Source of the DNA: the human T2T-CHM13v2.0 reference genome, Homo sapiens
Assembly (NCBI RefSeq): GCF_009914755.1
Contig: NC_060941.1
Direction: 5' to 3' (one strand)
DNA: 64,000 bases
Under the pieces are notes generated by a model, which saw nothing but the letters and a program-made list of their open reading frames with translations, did no database searches and was not told the origin of the DNA. The number at the start of each line of letters is the position of its first letter. Positions within the stretch are counted from its first letter, which is position 1. Below are positions 1-14,165 of this stretch, in pieces. The position numbers and the translations under genes are program-made.

Positions 1-253
<253 letters not shown>

Positions 254-1469
254 TGAGGCACCAGGGCGAAGACACTGATATTCAGTACTAGCAACCCCAC
301 AGCCAGTAGATAGTCAAGTTCCCTGCCCTTTCCAATGCCCACAGGACACTCTGGGTCACTCAGGGAGCTCGGTGGCCCACCCAGGCCCAACCCTGAGCCC
401 ATCGATCTGGGTCCTGGGGGGAACATGTGGGAGTCCAGCCCGGTGGCCCCCCGGGCGCTCTAAGCAGCCTGTGCCTAATGACCGCAGAAAGCCATTACAG
501 CTCACTTAGCTGTAAACAGCTCTCCACAGCACTCATTAGGGCCGAGGAGCTCCGAGAGCTCTCCTCCTCGGGTGTGGGGCATGTGCCCAGCGGGGGCTAC
601 GCCTTCTTACTGGAAACACCGTTTCCCGCCCGGCCTGCCTTCCAGGAAAGGTGAGCCCGGCTGGGGCCCGGCCAGCGCCCTGCCCTCCCCTGCCCTCTCT
701 GACCGGGGTCTGACCCTCCACAGGGGCTCTCTCCTCCCTGGGCATTTCCCAGCCTGCAGGGGCCCAGGGACAGGACAGGCAGAGCCCCAGGTGCCCCCTT
801 GACAACACATGCCGGGCTTTCCATGGCCAACCTCACGGCCCACGGGGAAGGAGGAGCGCCCGCGGGGCCAGCTCCCCTGGGTGGGCCAGCACCCTGGGCA
901 TGCCGGGCCAGGCGGGTGCCCACAGAGACTCCCCTCCTCCCTATGATGGGGATGTGCCTGGGAAAGATGGACAGTTCTGGGGCCTAAACTGCAGGCGGAC
1001 AAGACCTCGGCATTCAGTGCAGGTGTTGTCTTCTACCAAATCAGAGCTGTCCAAATGGTTTTAGATTCGGTCCCCACAAAATCCTGTTGAGGGTCCCAAG
1101 AGATATAACAGAGGTAAGGGTGGTTGTCCTCATCTAAGTGGGGGTGAGGGTGGGGTCCACAGCCTGTCTGTTTTGCTGTTTCCCTCCCTCCCCACTTTGT
1201 CCTATCCCCTACCTGCCGTGAGGGCTCAGTTATCCCTGTAGAATTCTGGGGTCTGCAGACACAGTTTAGTAACCACTGGCCTGCACCACGCACTGTTTTC
1301 TGTGCCTGGAGCGCTCCGACCCCTCTTCCTAGCCAGCTCCCATCCACCCCCACATCCTGATGGCACCCTGTCCCCAGCCCTGCCCTCCCTTCCTCTCATG
1401 CCAGCCTCCCTCTTATCACCCAGCTCTTCACCTTCTTAGCATACCCCTACATTTTCCAGTGATATTTCT

Positions 1470-1622
1470 ATTTGTGTAGTTATTTGCTTATCGCCTTCCT
1501 ATTCCCTGAGCTCTGTAGGGAGGAAGACCATGTCTGTTTTTGTCTCATCTCCAGCATGAGCCCAGTGCTAGGCACACAGCAGGCAGTCCATAAAGATTGA
1601 CTGACTGACTGAATGAATGAAT
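1470..1622 (+). mobile_element. L2 3' end fragment
   Basis: cccagtgctaggcacacagcaggcagtccataaagattgactgactgactgaatgaatga resembles the L2 3' terminus with its (gaat)n tail. Confidence 0.7.
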
Positions 1623-2344
1623 GGTCTAAGCATATGATGCTCAGCTTGCTGGAGAAGGGGCATCAACATCTTCCTATCATTGACCCCTTCTGTGTCCTCA
1701 GCCCTCATGACTGATGTGTCTTCCATCTACTCCTCCACCCCAATCTGGTCAGTATCTACTTGTCCTTTATCTTTCATCTGAGATACTTCCTCCCGGGGAG
1801 CCTCCCAGCGCCGTCAAACACCCAGCATGCTCACTTGTAATGGCGCCTTCTTATCTCTTTCTTCCTGGACCAGGAAGCAGAGCACAGGTGTCTAGTGTCA
1901 ACACATGCCAAGGTGTCCAGTGCAGGTGTGCCACATGAAGGAACGGGTGACTGCCCCATGGCCCTGCTACTATGGGGCAACACCACCTCCTTGGAGGCTG
2001 ATGACCTGCTCATATAGGATGGGGCCTCTCCATCCTCCACTTCCTCACAATCAGCACCCCCAGACACCTTCCCAATGTCTGAGCAAAACTCTGCAGAGAA
2101 CACACTCTGGGCCAGCAGGCGGTCGTTGGGCAATGGAAGTGGGTGCACGAGGTGGCTCGGGTCTCTCTTTGGGTTGAGACAATGATGAGTCTAAGGAGGG
2201 TGAGTGAGGAGCCTCAGAGCTCCAGCGTGGTGGGCTGGGGACCCAACCATCAGCTTCCTGCCTCACTGCTGCACCAGGGAAAGGACACTGGTACCTGGCA
2301 CTAGCAGGCCCACAGCCAGTAGATAGGTCACTCTGCACCCCCTT

Positions 2345-3165
2345 CCCAACCCAGTTCCCCAGAGGCTTCTCCATCTCAGGAATGGTCACCTCTACCCTTC
2401 ACCCAGCTGCTAGGACCCCAAACCTTGGAGTCGTCATTCAGTCCATCAGCTCGGCACATCCTGCTGGCTCTACCCGCCAAACGCACCTTGAATCTAACTG
2501 CTGCTCACCACCCATGTTGCCATCACCCTGGGCAGCACCACCACCAGCTCTGGCCTGGACCACAGCCTCCTCCCAGGCATGCCTGCTCCCCTCCGCTCCC
2601 TGAGCCTTAGCCCCACATGGCAGCCAGAGGGATTGATTTAATGCATAAATTGGATCATGCCACTACCTGGCTCAAAGCCTCCAGTGACTGCCACTCACAC
2701 CCAGTCAAATCCAGAGTCCAGACTGCAACCTGCAAAGGCCTGTGTGGATGGGCCCCTGGCTCTCCTGTGCTCCAGCCTCCTCTCCACACATGCCCAACCC
2801 TGCCCTTTATCCGGGCCTTGCTCTCAGGGGCCCTGGGCTCCGCCGTCTCTGCCCCCTTCCAAATGTCACCTCCCCGACCATGAGGACCACTCCAGTGCCA
2901 CTCCCCAGACCTGCTGGCTTCTTCCTGGCCTTCGTGGGCCCTGTCCCTTCCTGACACTACCGCTCACATCTATGCGCTTCCTCACTGTCTGCCTGACCTC
3001 AGGAATGGAAGCTCTGCCCACATCTATGCATTTCCTCACTGTTTGCCCGACCCTCAGGAATGGAAGCTCCATGAAGGCAAGGACTTTTGTCTGTGTTGTT
3101 TGGCTCCTGTCCCTTCAGCCCCTAGAACATTGCCTAATACACCAATAAATATTTATCACATGAAT
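2345..3165 (+). mobile_element. L2 3' region
   Basis: L2-type motifs (cacccagctgctaggaccccaaaccttggagtc; aagctccatgaaggcaaggactttt; cctagaacattgcc...aataaatattt). Confidence 0.75.
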
Positions 3166-4364
3166 ATTTATGTAATATCTATTAATTTAGGGGTAGGTGA
3201 CACAAGTATTTGTTACATGAATGGATACTTTTAAATCCATTGTTGATTAATTGATCAGTTCCCCTTGGTTAAATTTGTTTATAAAAGAACATCAGATCCA
3301 ACCCTGATCACAGCTGACATCACGTGCATGCACATGTGTACGTGCACACACAAGCACACATGCACACATACACGCCTCGCTGATCAGCCTTATTAGTTTT
3401 TTCTCTCCCTTTTTCCCAGTAGCTGCAACTTCAGGAGACTACCTTGTGTGTGAGTGCAGGAGATGGGGGTGGATCTTTCCCTCAAGGCCAGCCCTCCCCA
3501 CCAGGCTCAGCTATCAGCCAGGAGACAAGGTCCTCTGTGGGCACACCATCACCTCTACCTCCCCTTCGGAACCAAGGCAAGCTCTAAATGCCTTGCCCTT
3601 GCTTCCTTCCTAAACATTTAATGCCATACTGGCCTTCTCCACCTCTCTAGACACTTTCTACCACCCTGGCTTATGCTAGAAGATCAGATGCTCCTGGTAA
3701 TAATGACCCAAGTACAACTTAACCAAGAGGGTGAGTCTTGAGTCTTGAGAAGTATGAGTCTCTGGTGGAAACCCAGTGGAACACCCTAGAGGGTGCTGGG
3801 TTTGGAGGCTATACCAACAGACCAAGAGTTCAAGTCTTGCACCTTAGTAGAGGCCAGCCCTAGGACTTAGGGAAGCCATCTGTCCTCTCTGCTCAAGGTT
3901 TCAGTGACTGGTTGGCTAAAGGACTGCTCGTATAGTCTCAGACAATTAACCTTCCTTGAGCCCCTGTTAGTGGGAGGCTGGGCTCTGCCTGGGTTTGGGA
4001 ATCTGGAAGATGGGCATATCCCCTGGGAATCAAACAGTCCTGGCTCTGCTGCTTCCCCTTGGGGTGATCCTGGGCAGGCTGCTGAAGCTCCCTGGGCTCC
4101 AGGCTCCTCAATGGGGCGAATGACACCTGCATCGGGAAGATCAAAGCCACTGCTGAGTTCTAATTTGACCTGGGCCATCCTGTGACAACTCTTGTAATCA
4201 AAGAAACCCTGGGTTCTCCCTCATGGACTCCAAATCTGCCCCAATCACTCCAGGGCTCTCAGAAGGAGCCACTCTGAACCAGCACTTCATTCTTTCACTC
4301 GTTCATTCACCAGGTATTTCCAGAACGCCTGCCAGTTCCAGGCATCATGTGAGGCTGTGAAAAG

Positions 4365-4600
4365 TGGCATAGCAATGTGGACGAGAGCTTGGATTCTGAG
4401 GTAGACTCATTTGGGGCTGAAGCACTATCTCTTGCTAGCCATGACCTGGGGGCAAAACACGTAATCTCTCCGTGCCAGTCTGTACTATATCTGCAGAATA
4501 GAGCAGTCATCACAGTTATCTCACCAGGTGGTGATCAGGATTAAACGAGTTAATATGTGTAAAGCATGTAGGATTGCGTCTGGCACTTGGCAAGTAAGAT
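4365..4600 (+). mobile_element. MIR inserted in an antisense L2 3' end (~4285-4700)
   Basis: MIR 3' part (ggattaaacgagttaatatgtgtaaagcatgtagga...tctggcac), flanked by L2-like cattcattcacc and tgctcaaggagctcag. Confidence 0.65.
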
Positions 4601-5085
4601 ATGATTGTTGTCTTTGTAATTATGGAATTAAAGTTGAATAGACAATCTTTGTGCTCAAGGAGCTCAGCTTAGCGTGGGAGACAGAGCATACACAGACAAC
4701 GGCAACGCAGCAGCGCTAGGGCTAGGAGAGGAAGACGAACAAAAGCTGGGGCTGTGGATTCTCACGAAGGGGCAGGGCCTGCTCTTGAGGGGCTCACAGT
4801 CTCAAGGGGGAGAGGAGGTATAAAAAGGGAGAGCAAAGTCAACCAAAATTCCACACCGTCTGCAGCCCAATACATGCAGCACTGAGCTGGGGGCCGTGGG
4901 GGATGACTTCAGCAAAAGACACGCCTGTGGTGGGATGAGGAAGTTTGCACCAAGGACAGAGGCAGGGCAACTAGGTTCCTATTGAACAGGACCAAAAGGC
5001 AGCCAAATTCTCGAGGCAAAAGGGGCTGCCTGGGATGCCTGGGAGGAAGGTGAGTGTGGGAAAGTTAAGATGATGAAATCATGAG

Positions 5086-5352
5086 GATGGGTGTCCCAAG
5101 GAAAGGAAGGGAAAGGCATCCCAAAGAAGGGGAGGGAACGTCCCAAGGATGAGAAAGTCATCCCAAGGATGGGAAAGAGCATGCCAAGGATGGGAAGGGT
5201 GTCCCCAAGGAAGGGAAAGGCGTCCCAAGGATCAGAAGGGCATCCCCAAAAATGGGAAGCGCGTCCCAAGGATGAGAGGGGCGTCCCAAGGATGGGAAGG
5301 ACATCCCAAGGAAGGGAGGGGTGTCACAAGGATATGAAGGGCATGTCATTCC
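5086..5352. repeat. ~20-bp purine-rich minisatellite, ~13 degenerate copies (cccaaggatgggaagggcgt)
   Basis: Directly visible periodic cccaagga(t/a) units. Confidence 0.9.
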
Positions 5353-6239
5353 AAGCAGTAAAATGGCAGAAGCAAAGAGGCATGGATAGAGAGGAAAGGG
5401 CTTTGAGGGAGAGTGAGCCAGGCAGGCTTGCCGGACACAGGTGGAGTTCCATGAGAGAGGGTGAGACATCCAAGGCACAGCTGGCTAGAACAAATTCTCA
5501 TCACTGTCCAACATCATGGCCTAAGAAAATGCAACTCAATGTACTGCAAATACAAAATTGGTGCATGTAAAAGGAACCTCGTGATCACAGGTGTAGTACA
5601 CTCCCCCAGAGAGGCCAGGGGGTTGCCAGTACCTATAGGTCTCCCTCACCCAGTAGGACTTGGCCAAGCTATTGTTGACAGTGAATTTTTACAGCCACTG
5701 CTATAAAACCTTCAGCCTTAACTACCTTGCTCTGCTATGGCTGGCAACCCCAGGGTACCACTAATGCTGCCCTATTAGCGTCCAAAGCATTCTGTGCAAT
5801 TCTGAGAACAAGCCCTGATTACCAAGGCCCCCAGGATGCCATGGGAATCGCCAAGGATACACTGTGGCCTCTGAACAGCAGAGGCTTCGGAGCGTGGGAG
5901 TGGCCCTGCTGCCATCTCCCAGGTCCCATGGCAGCCTCACCTGCAATCCCTTCCAGGAAGCATGTCCCCTATGGGAGGGTCCAGGCTAGAGAAAGGACAC
6001 GGACTGGATATGGAGGTGTAGACCCCAAAGAGCCTTGGAATGACTGTCCTGGAAGCAGATCCTTGGACCTGAAATCCGGGTCCAGAGATGGACACAGAAG
6101 AGTGAAGGAATTTCATCCACAGGTACTGTTAGCCGAGGTTTAGGAACCCATAAAGAGACCTGTAAAGTCTTCAGTGGAATTTATCCAAAAAAACTCTTAA
6201 GTGGAATCCATTGGCACCAAAGTTCCAGGACCAATCCCA

Positions 6240-6380
6240 GTTATTCATTTTCTTATTTACTCAACAAACATATACTAAGCATCCACCCCATCACAGGCAC
6301 TGGGCTGGGTCCCAGAGACAGACAGGCAGAAAGCTGACAGTCCCTGCACTCAAGAAGCCGTAAGTTCAGTGGGGGAGAGA
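6240..6380 (-). mobile_element. L2 3' end fragment
   Basis: ttattcatt...caacaaacatatactaagcat...caggcactgggctggg...gtccctgcactcaagaagc is the antisense L2 terminus. Confidence 0.7.
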
Positions 6381-6674
6381 GGGTCCCCAGCTGGTGTGGA
6401 GAGTGGAGGGCAATAGTTCTACCCTTCAGGGCTGCGGGCATAGGACTGTTTATATCACAGGTCAGTTTCCTCCAGGATATCAAGGTGTCCTTCATTTTTA
6501 CCAGTGCTGGAGTCAGTTCTCCCTGAGAGAGGCAGGTGCTGTGGGGGAGGGAGGAGACCATCTCTACCTGGGCGTGAATCCTGCTCCTCCCTTATGAGCT
6601 TGGTGACACTAGGTAAACCCTTGACTTTCTTATGCCCCAGTTTCCTCACGTGTAAAATAGCAATGATGATTGTC

Positions 6675-7410
<736 letters not shown>

Positions 7411-8425
7411 CACAGTGGTCCCTACCTCCCAGGGTTGTGACAATTAATGACTCGGTGACACACAGCAAACAGAGGAGTGTGATTATTTGGGGAGCTGGGA
7501 GGACATGGTTCTGCAGACCAGGCCTGGGTTGGGGGCTCCTACTGGAGACAGCATGAAGGTCCCGGAGCCCTTGGCACAGAGGACACTCAGGTCAAAGGGT
7601 CAGGGGCAGGGATTGGGGTTGGGCCAACAGTGTGAGAGGCTGAGTTAGCTGGAGCACCTCAGGCAGGGAAGGTGGACTCAGCTTATCCACCCAGCCATTC
7701 GCGCCAGCCCAACCTGAGGCACAGTCTAGGCCGACCCCACTTCCCATTCGAAGCTTCATCCCTGGGTTGTCACAGGTTGCCTGAGCTCCAGCCCTCACTT
7801 CTCTCTCTGCCCAGTGTCTCTAAGGCACCCCAAAGTCACTCTGTCCCAGACCAAGCTCCCCACATCACCATCTCAGGCTTCCTCTCCAGCGTGGTCTCCT
7901 TCTGGAAGGGGCACCCCTTGTCGGCCGGGTCAGGGACCCAGGAGCCATCCCCACCCCTCCCTTCCCCTCGGCATCCTCACTGGTTCCTCCTGGGCCCTGC
8001 CAGTTCTAGCTCTTTCCTCTGGTGTTCTTCCACATCTCTCCATCCCTATTGCTGCACGTCTGGCCTGAGCTCCTGCCACCTCTGCCTGCCCCTTCAAGAG
8101 CCTCTCACTCATCCTCCGCAGTCTCCCCAGGCTCTTCTCATCACCGCAGTCACAGATCCAAGTGATCATCTCAAGATTAAATCCTACCAGGCTTTGGGAA
8201 TAGAGACCATGTTTCTTATCAGGGCCCGAGGGGTCAGGCCTCTGCTGCCCTCTGCAACTTTATGGGGCACTGCTTTCCAGAATCTTCCTCATGCTCTTGC
8301 CTATCACACAGCCCTTTGGCAGCACCCTGCATCCTCTTACTCAGGCTTCTCGCACGGTGCTCCCCCTCCCTGAAGAGTCTCCCCGACCCTCACTGACTGA
8401 GCTCACGTAGCGCTTCTCAGGAAGC

Positions 8426-9089
<664 letters not shown>

Positions 9090-9629
9090 GACGCCTTCCC
9101 TGCCCCCTCACCTGCAGTGGGTTCTCCTTTCTGTTAGACACTCCCGCCTGCCTCATTCCTCTCCCTCTTGGCACATACCAACGTGTAATTACACAGCCTC
9201 TGCCAGGCTGCAAAGCCCCCTCTTTTCCCACAGATGCTCTGAGGACATGGTTTGCTTTCCAGGCCAAAATCTGTTATAACCACTCCCTGGTGTTAGCACC
9301 CCTTTCCATGGGGCCCCCAGCTCTGTACTGTACCCTGAGTAAGGCTGTTGCCCCCTCGCAGGGACAGCCTTCCTGACCAGCACTGGCTTCTCCGGAACAC
9401 CGGGGCTCACGCCGACCCAGGGCCAGCTTCATGGGCATGAGATCCATGTGGTCACACAGGGCCCCAAGCTCAGAGGGACCCGTGCTTGGTTTAATGTTTT
9501 GCTGTTGCCATCTTGAAATTCTTAATGCCTTCATCTTTGAACTTGTGCTTTGTAAGTGAAGTGGAACAATGGCACATATGTGTAAGCGGAGGAGCTACAC
9601 AAAGAAGGAAAAAGGTTGGTATTTTAGTA

Positions 9630-10134
<505 letters not shown>

Positions 10135-11039
10135 TACCTTTAACAGCACTTTTGCTGGTCTTTCAAACACAGACTCCCCAAGTTCACTTTACACTGGGCC
10201 CTGCAAACTAGGTAGCCAGTCCCATGCCCAAAGTAGGAAACGCTCCAGGTCAGCTCCCCTTAAACTGGTCCTAAGGCTAGTCTCTTCCTCATTAGTTTCT
10301 TGGGCCTTCCACAGGAAACTCTGCACCCACTCTCACATATCATCTTTGTTCTGGCACACAGAGAATCTGGGTCTGGGGTCCACATACCAGCCCCGCCTGC
10401 CCCAGCTTGGCTGTGATAAGCGCACCTTCAAGGCTTAGAGGCTTTTAGGCCCTGACAGCAGTGGGCGCTGAGCTGTGACCTCTCTCTGCAGGACTGACAG
10501 CTATTCATCAGTTGGTGCTCGCTGGACCAGCTGCTGCCCACCCCTGCATCTTTGCCCATGGCAGGAGGCAACACTCTCGGAATGCCAGCCTTGCCCAGGG
10601 CTTTTCTCAAAGGACACCTCGGGGAGGCAGCCCCTCTTCTGCAGCCTGTCTGCACCTGACGCAGGGCCTATTTCAGACAGCCCAGGTCACCCCCAGGGCA
10701 ATGAGCCCCGAGTGGGCCAGGAGTGGGGGATGGTGTTATTTGGGGAGGGGGCAGACAGCCATTGGCAGAGCCACCTGAGGGTGGTGTGGCCTATTTAGGA
10801 GGGACTCACAGCCCACACTATCCCTCAGGGGTCAGGATAGGAGCCCTTGTGAGAACTCTGTCTGGAGCCTGGGCTCTCTCCTGCATCTTTCTACCTCACC
10901 CAGGGTGAGACTTGGGACTGGGATGGGATAGGGTGTGGAGAGGCCCTCTCGTATCTTACTTGGTGCCCCACTTTGGGCTGAGCAGGGGACAGTGTCTGAT
11001 CTATGGCAGGAAGAGAAGAGACAAGGTAGTGAGTAGGGT

Positions 11040-11345
11040 ACACACTGCACAGGCCCGAGCATTTGGGGGCGCTCACCACGCAGGCATCAGCATTTGGGGG
11101 CACACACCACGCAGGCATCAGCATTTGGGGGCGCACACCACGCAGGCATCAGCATTTGGGGGCGCACACCACGCAGGCATCAGCATTTGGGGGCGCACAC
11201 CACGCAGGCATCAGCATTTGGGGGCGCACACCACGCAGGCATCAGCATTTGGGGGTGCACACCATGCAGGCATCAGCATTTGGGGGTGCACACCACGCAG
11301 GCATCAGCTTTTGGGGGTACACACTGTGCAGGCACGAACACTTTG
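11040..11345. repeat. 31-bp minisatellite (gcaggcatcagcatttgggggcgcacaccac), ~9-10 copies
   Basis: c(a/t)tttggggg recurs exactly every 31 bp from 11060 to 11308. Confidence 0.97.
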
Positions 11346-11889
11346 CCTTTTTTTCATGCTGGCAACAGCTGGTGCTGACTCTCAGAGCCTGTGGCTGTGA
11401 CAATTATCAAAATGTTTACTATGTGTCACTATTAATAATGTAGAAGCCCCGCTAGCCTGCCAGTCAGAAAGAGAGAGAGTGATAGCCGAGGGGCCAGGCT
11501 CCCGGAAGGCTCCTGCTCGCTGCCTGTTCACCCTTGACCCTGCTGGGCAGCCTGGATGTAGGGAGAGGCTGTGTCCTGAATGGTGCCTTCATCTGCTCTT
11601 CTTAGCCAGCACCCCCAGAAAGGAACAGAACCCCTTCTCCTCCTGGGTACCCCCCTTCAGCCCTTCAGATATAGGGTCTAGATCTGTCCATCCAAGAAGC
11701 CTTCTGGAAGATTCTGTGCTCCCCCACAGCATTGCACTCTCACTTCTGTGTGCAGAAGCGTGGTGGTCAGGACTCACGTCTCGTCAGCCTCCCTGCAACG
11801 CCCCTCTCTGTGAGCTCTTTGGGGCTGAGACATTCTTCCCCGCTAGCTTCCTTTACAACCCTCTAACGTGGCAAGTGCCCTCCTGCCTG

Positions 11890-12228
11890 CCCCAGGGCCT
11901 TTACACAGCCCGCCTCCTCTCCCAGGACACTCACCCCCTGCCTCTTTGCATACCAACTCCTATGCATCCTTTAGGGGTCAGTTGAAATGTCACCTCCTTT
12001 GGGAAGCCCTACTGGACCGCTCAACTAGGTCACAGATCCCCTGTTCAATATTTTCACAGAATCCTTGCCTTATGGGACCAATCACTGTAGTAATGAAAGT
12101 TTTTAATCGAATGTCTGTCTCTCCCTGTAGTCTGCATGCTCCCTGACAGCAGACCGTGGTTTCTTGCCCACTGCTATCTTCTTAGCATACAGCAGTTAAT
12201 AAATATCCATGGATGAAGGCATGAATGC
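11890..12228 (+). mobile_element. L2 3' region
   Basis: aaatgtcacctcctttgggaagccct...taataaatatccatggatgaaggcatgaatg. Confidence 0.7.
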
Positions 12229-12684
12229 CAGGAACAAGCCCTGACTCCTGTAGACTCTAACCTCCCATCTTCTCTCCCACTCGGGTGAGCACTTTGGGCT
12301 GCTGGGGGTCTGCTACGAGGGTGGAATTCTCCCTTCTGGAACAGTCCCTGCATCTCGTGATGCATCCCATCTCTATTCTAAGGCATGGCCAGCTCCCCAC
12401 CAAATAAAGAGAAAGGAGGGCTCTCAACAACCGCCTCTCACCCACTGAGCCACTGCCCCCAAACCTCAAGAACTAGGATGAAAAGTTAGAAGGGCCACCC
12501 TGTGCGGTGTGCCCTGGCTGTGATGACAGTCCCCGGCCCTCACCCTGTTCACAAACCAGCGAACACTTGGGCTTGCATGGACACTGCCTGGAGGGAAGAT
12601 GCAGGGCCAAGAGTGCTTCAGGCTCAGGGTGAGCACACGGGTGGTGGGCTGGGGGCAGGGAGAGTGCCAGGCTGCCTGCCCCCA

Positions 12685-12820
12685 GGATCAAAGGCCCTGA
12701 GCTCCAGATGAAGGGTCCAGGGGCTGAAATTTTATGCCTGGCTCTGCCACTGACTTACAGAGTGAGCTTGGGCAGAGGGTGGTAGTGACTTCTGAGCCTC
12801 AGTTTCCTCAACTGTCAAAT
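12685..12820 (+). repeat. 136-bp dispersed direct repeat, copy 1 (contains a MIR fragment)
   Basis: Matches 13510-13645 with 5 substitutions. Confidence 0.95.
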
Positions 12821-13509
12821 CCACCAGGGATCAGTGTCCCATTGACATGCAGATTTTGACTTCCGATGATAGGACCCTGGCCACGGAGCCCACCTGGAAT
12901 GGTTTCCTTAGCAGAGGAAACTTGGGGTTGTGGGATGTCGGCTCTTGGCAAGACATCACTCAAAGCTCACAAGGCCTTCTCTAGCAGTACGGACGGAGAG
13001 GGGAGAGCATGCCTCCAGCTCCCTGCCCAGTGGGCACCCAGGCAGGCAAAACACCTCCCAGCTGTGTCCTGCACACTGGCCAACCGAGAGAGCTGGGCAG
13101 TTGGCCTGGCCGCCGGGACCTCGCCTGCTCTGCACACCTTCTCCCAGTGCTAGGATGAAGTGGCTGGCAGGCCCTAGCATGGGGCTGGGAGTGAGGGTCT
13201 CACTGGGCTGGCCGGTGCTACAGGGGTGGGAAGCTGCCTTGGCGGCCCCACCTAGCACCAGCTTTTCCAATAAGGTTGTTGCTGTCGGTAGAAAAGGGCT
13301 GGGTGAGGGTCACCCTCTCAGTGCTTTCCAGACCTGAGCGCCCTGATGCCCGGGTATAGGATGTCTCCCTTCTCCCCAAAGAGGGAAACAGTCAGCTCCG
13401 AGGGCGGGACTGTGCCACCTCCGCCTTGCCCTGCTCTCCGACTGTAGGAGGCTTTGGAGAGAGTCAGCCCCTAGCACGTACCCAGGGAGCACCTTCTGGG
13501 ACCAGTGCT

Positions 13510-13645
13510 GGATCAAAGGCCCTGAGCTCCAGATGAAGAGTCCAGGGGCTGAAATTGTATTCCTGGCTCTGCCACTGACTTACAGAGTGAGCTTGGGCAG
13601 AGGGTGATAGTGACTTCTGAGCCTGAGTTTCCTCAACTGTCAAAT
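13510..13645 (+). repeat. 136-bp dispersed direct repeat, copy 2
   Basis: Matches 12685-12820 with 5 substitutions. Confidence 0.95.
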
Positions 13646-14039
13646 GGGAGGGTCAGGCTCCGCATCTTAATGGGGTCTCCCAGCTGTGCTTCTCCCCCTT
13701 CTGCCTGTGTCCCTGCAGGGTTCCCCTGCCTCTCCTGCCACCACATCCCTGGCCCTCGAGTCTCTACAGGAGAAGAGGAGTGATTCAGAACAGGAAGACG
13801 CTCAGGTCGAAGCCCGTTGATTTGTTACAGGTGACGGATGCTGATGGCCGTTCATCTGTGGTTGCTGCTGATTAGAAATCAGTCTCCAGTGGAAGATTAA
13901 AGGCTGGGGGCAGAGTAGGGTCCACACACTGCTCAGGGCTTGGTCCTGCTCTCTGCCATGGGGAAGTCAGGGGGCAGTGCCCAGCACACACAACAGTGCC
14001 CAGCCTCACTGAGGCTGCTCAGACACCCAGCGGGGAAAG

Positions 14040-14165
14040 TGGTGCTGATCCTGTTGGGGATGTGAGGAATTGAAGCTCAGAGAAGTTAAGTAACTTGCCC
14101 AGGGCCACACAGCTGGAGGCAGAGCTGGGATTTGAACCCAGAACTGTCTCAGAATGCACTCTGTT
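14040..14165 (-). mobile_element. MIR
   Basis: tgaagctcagagaagttaagtaacttgcccagggccacacagct...gggatttgaacccag. Confidence 0.85.

Noticed and set aside
3422-3448. Peptide AATSGDYLV resembling the ATSGDYL motif I recall from DCAF7/WDR68
   Set aside because: Only 7 residues; flanks do not continue the match, so treated as coincidence.
7672-8373. 233-aa ORF
   Set aside because: Non-ATG start, S/P/L-rich composition typical of a C-rich non-coding strand, no recognisable domain or splice structure.
9347-9362. CTCF-like motif on the minus strand (CTGCGAGGGGGCAA)
   Set aside because: Imperfect single match in GC-rich DNA; not distinguishable from chance without ChIP data.
10912-11443. Repetitive ORFs, and possible CRISPR-like appearance of the 31-bp array
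   Set aside because: Head-to-tail minisatellite with no unique spacers in a primate genome; the ORFs are repeat artefacts.
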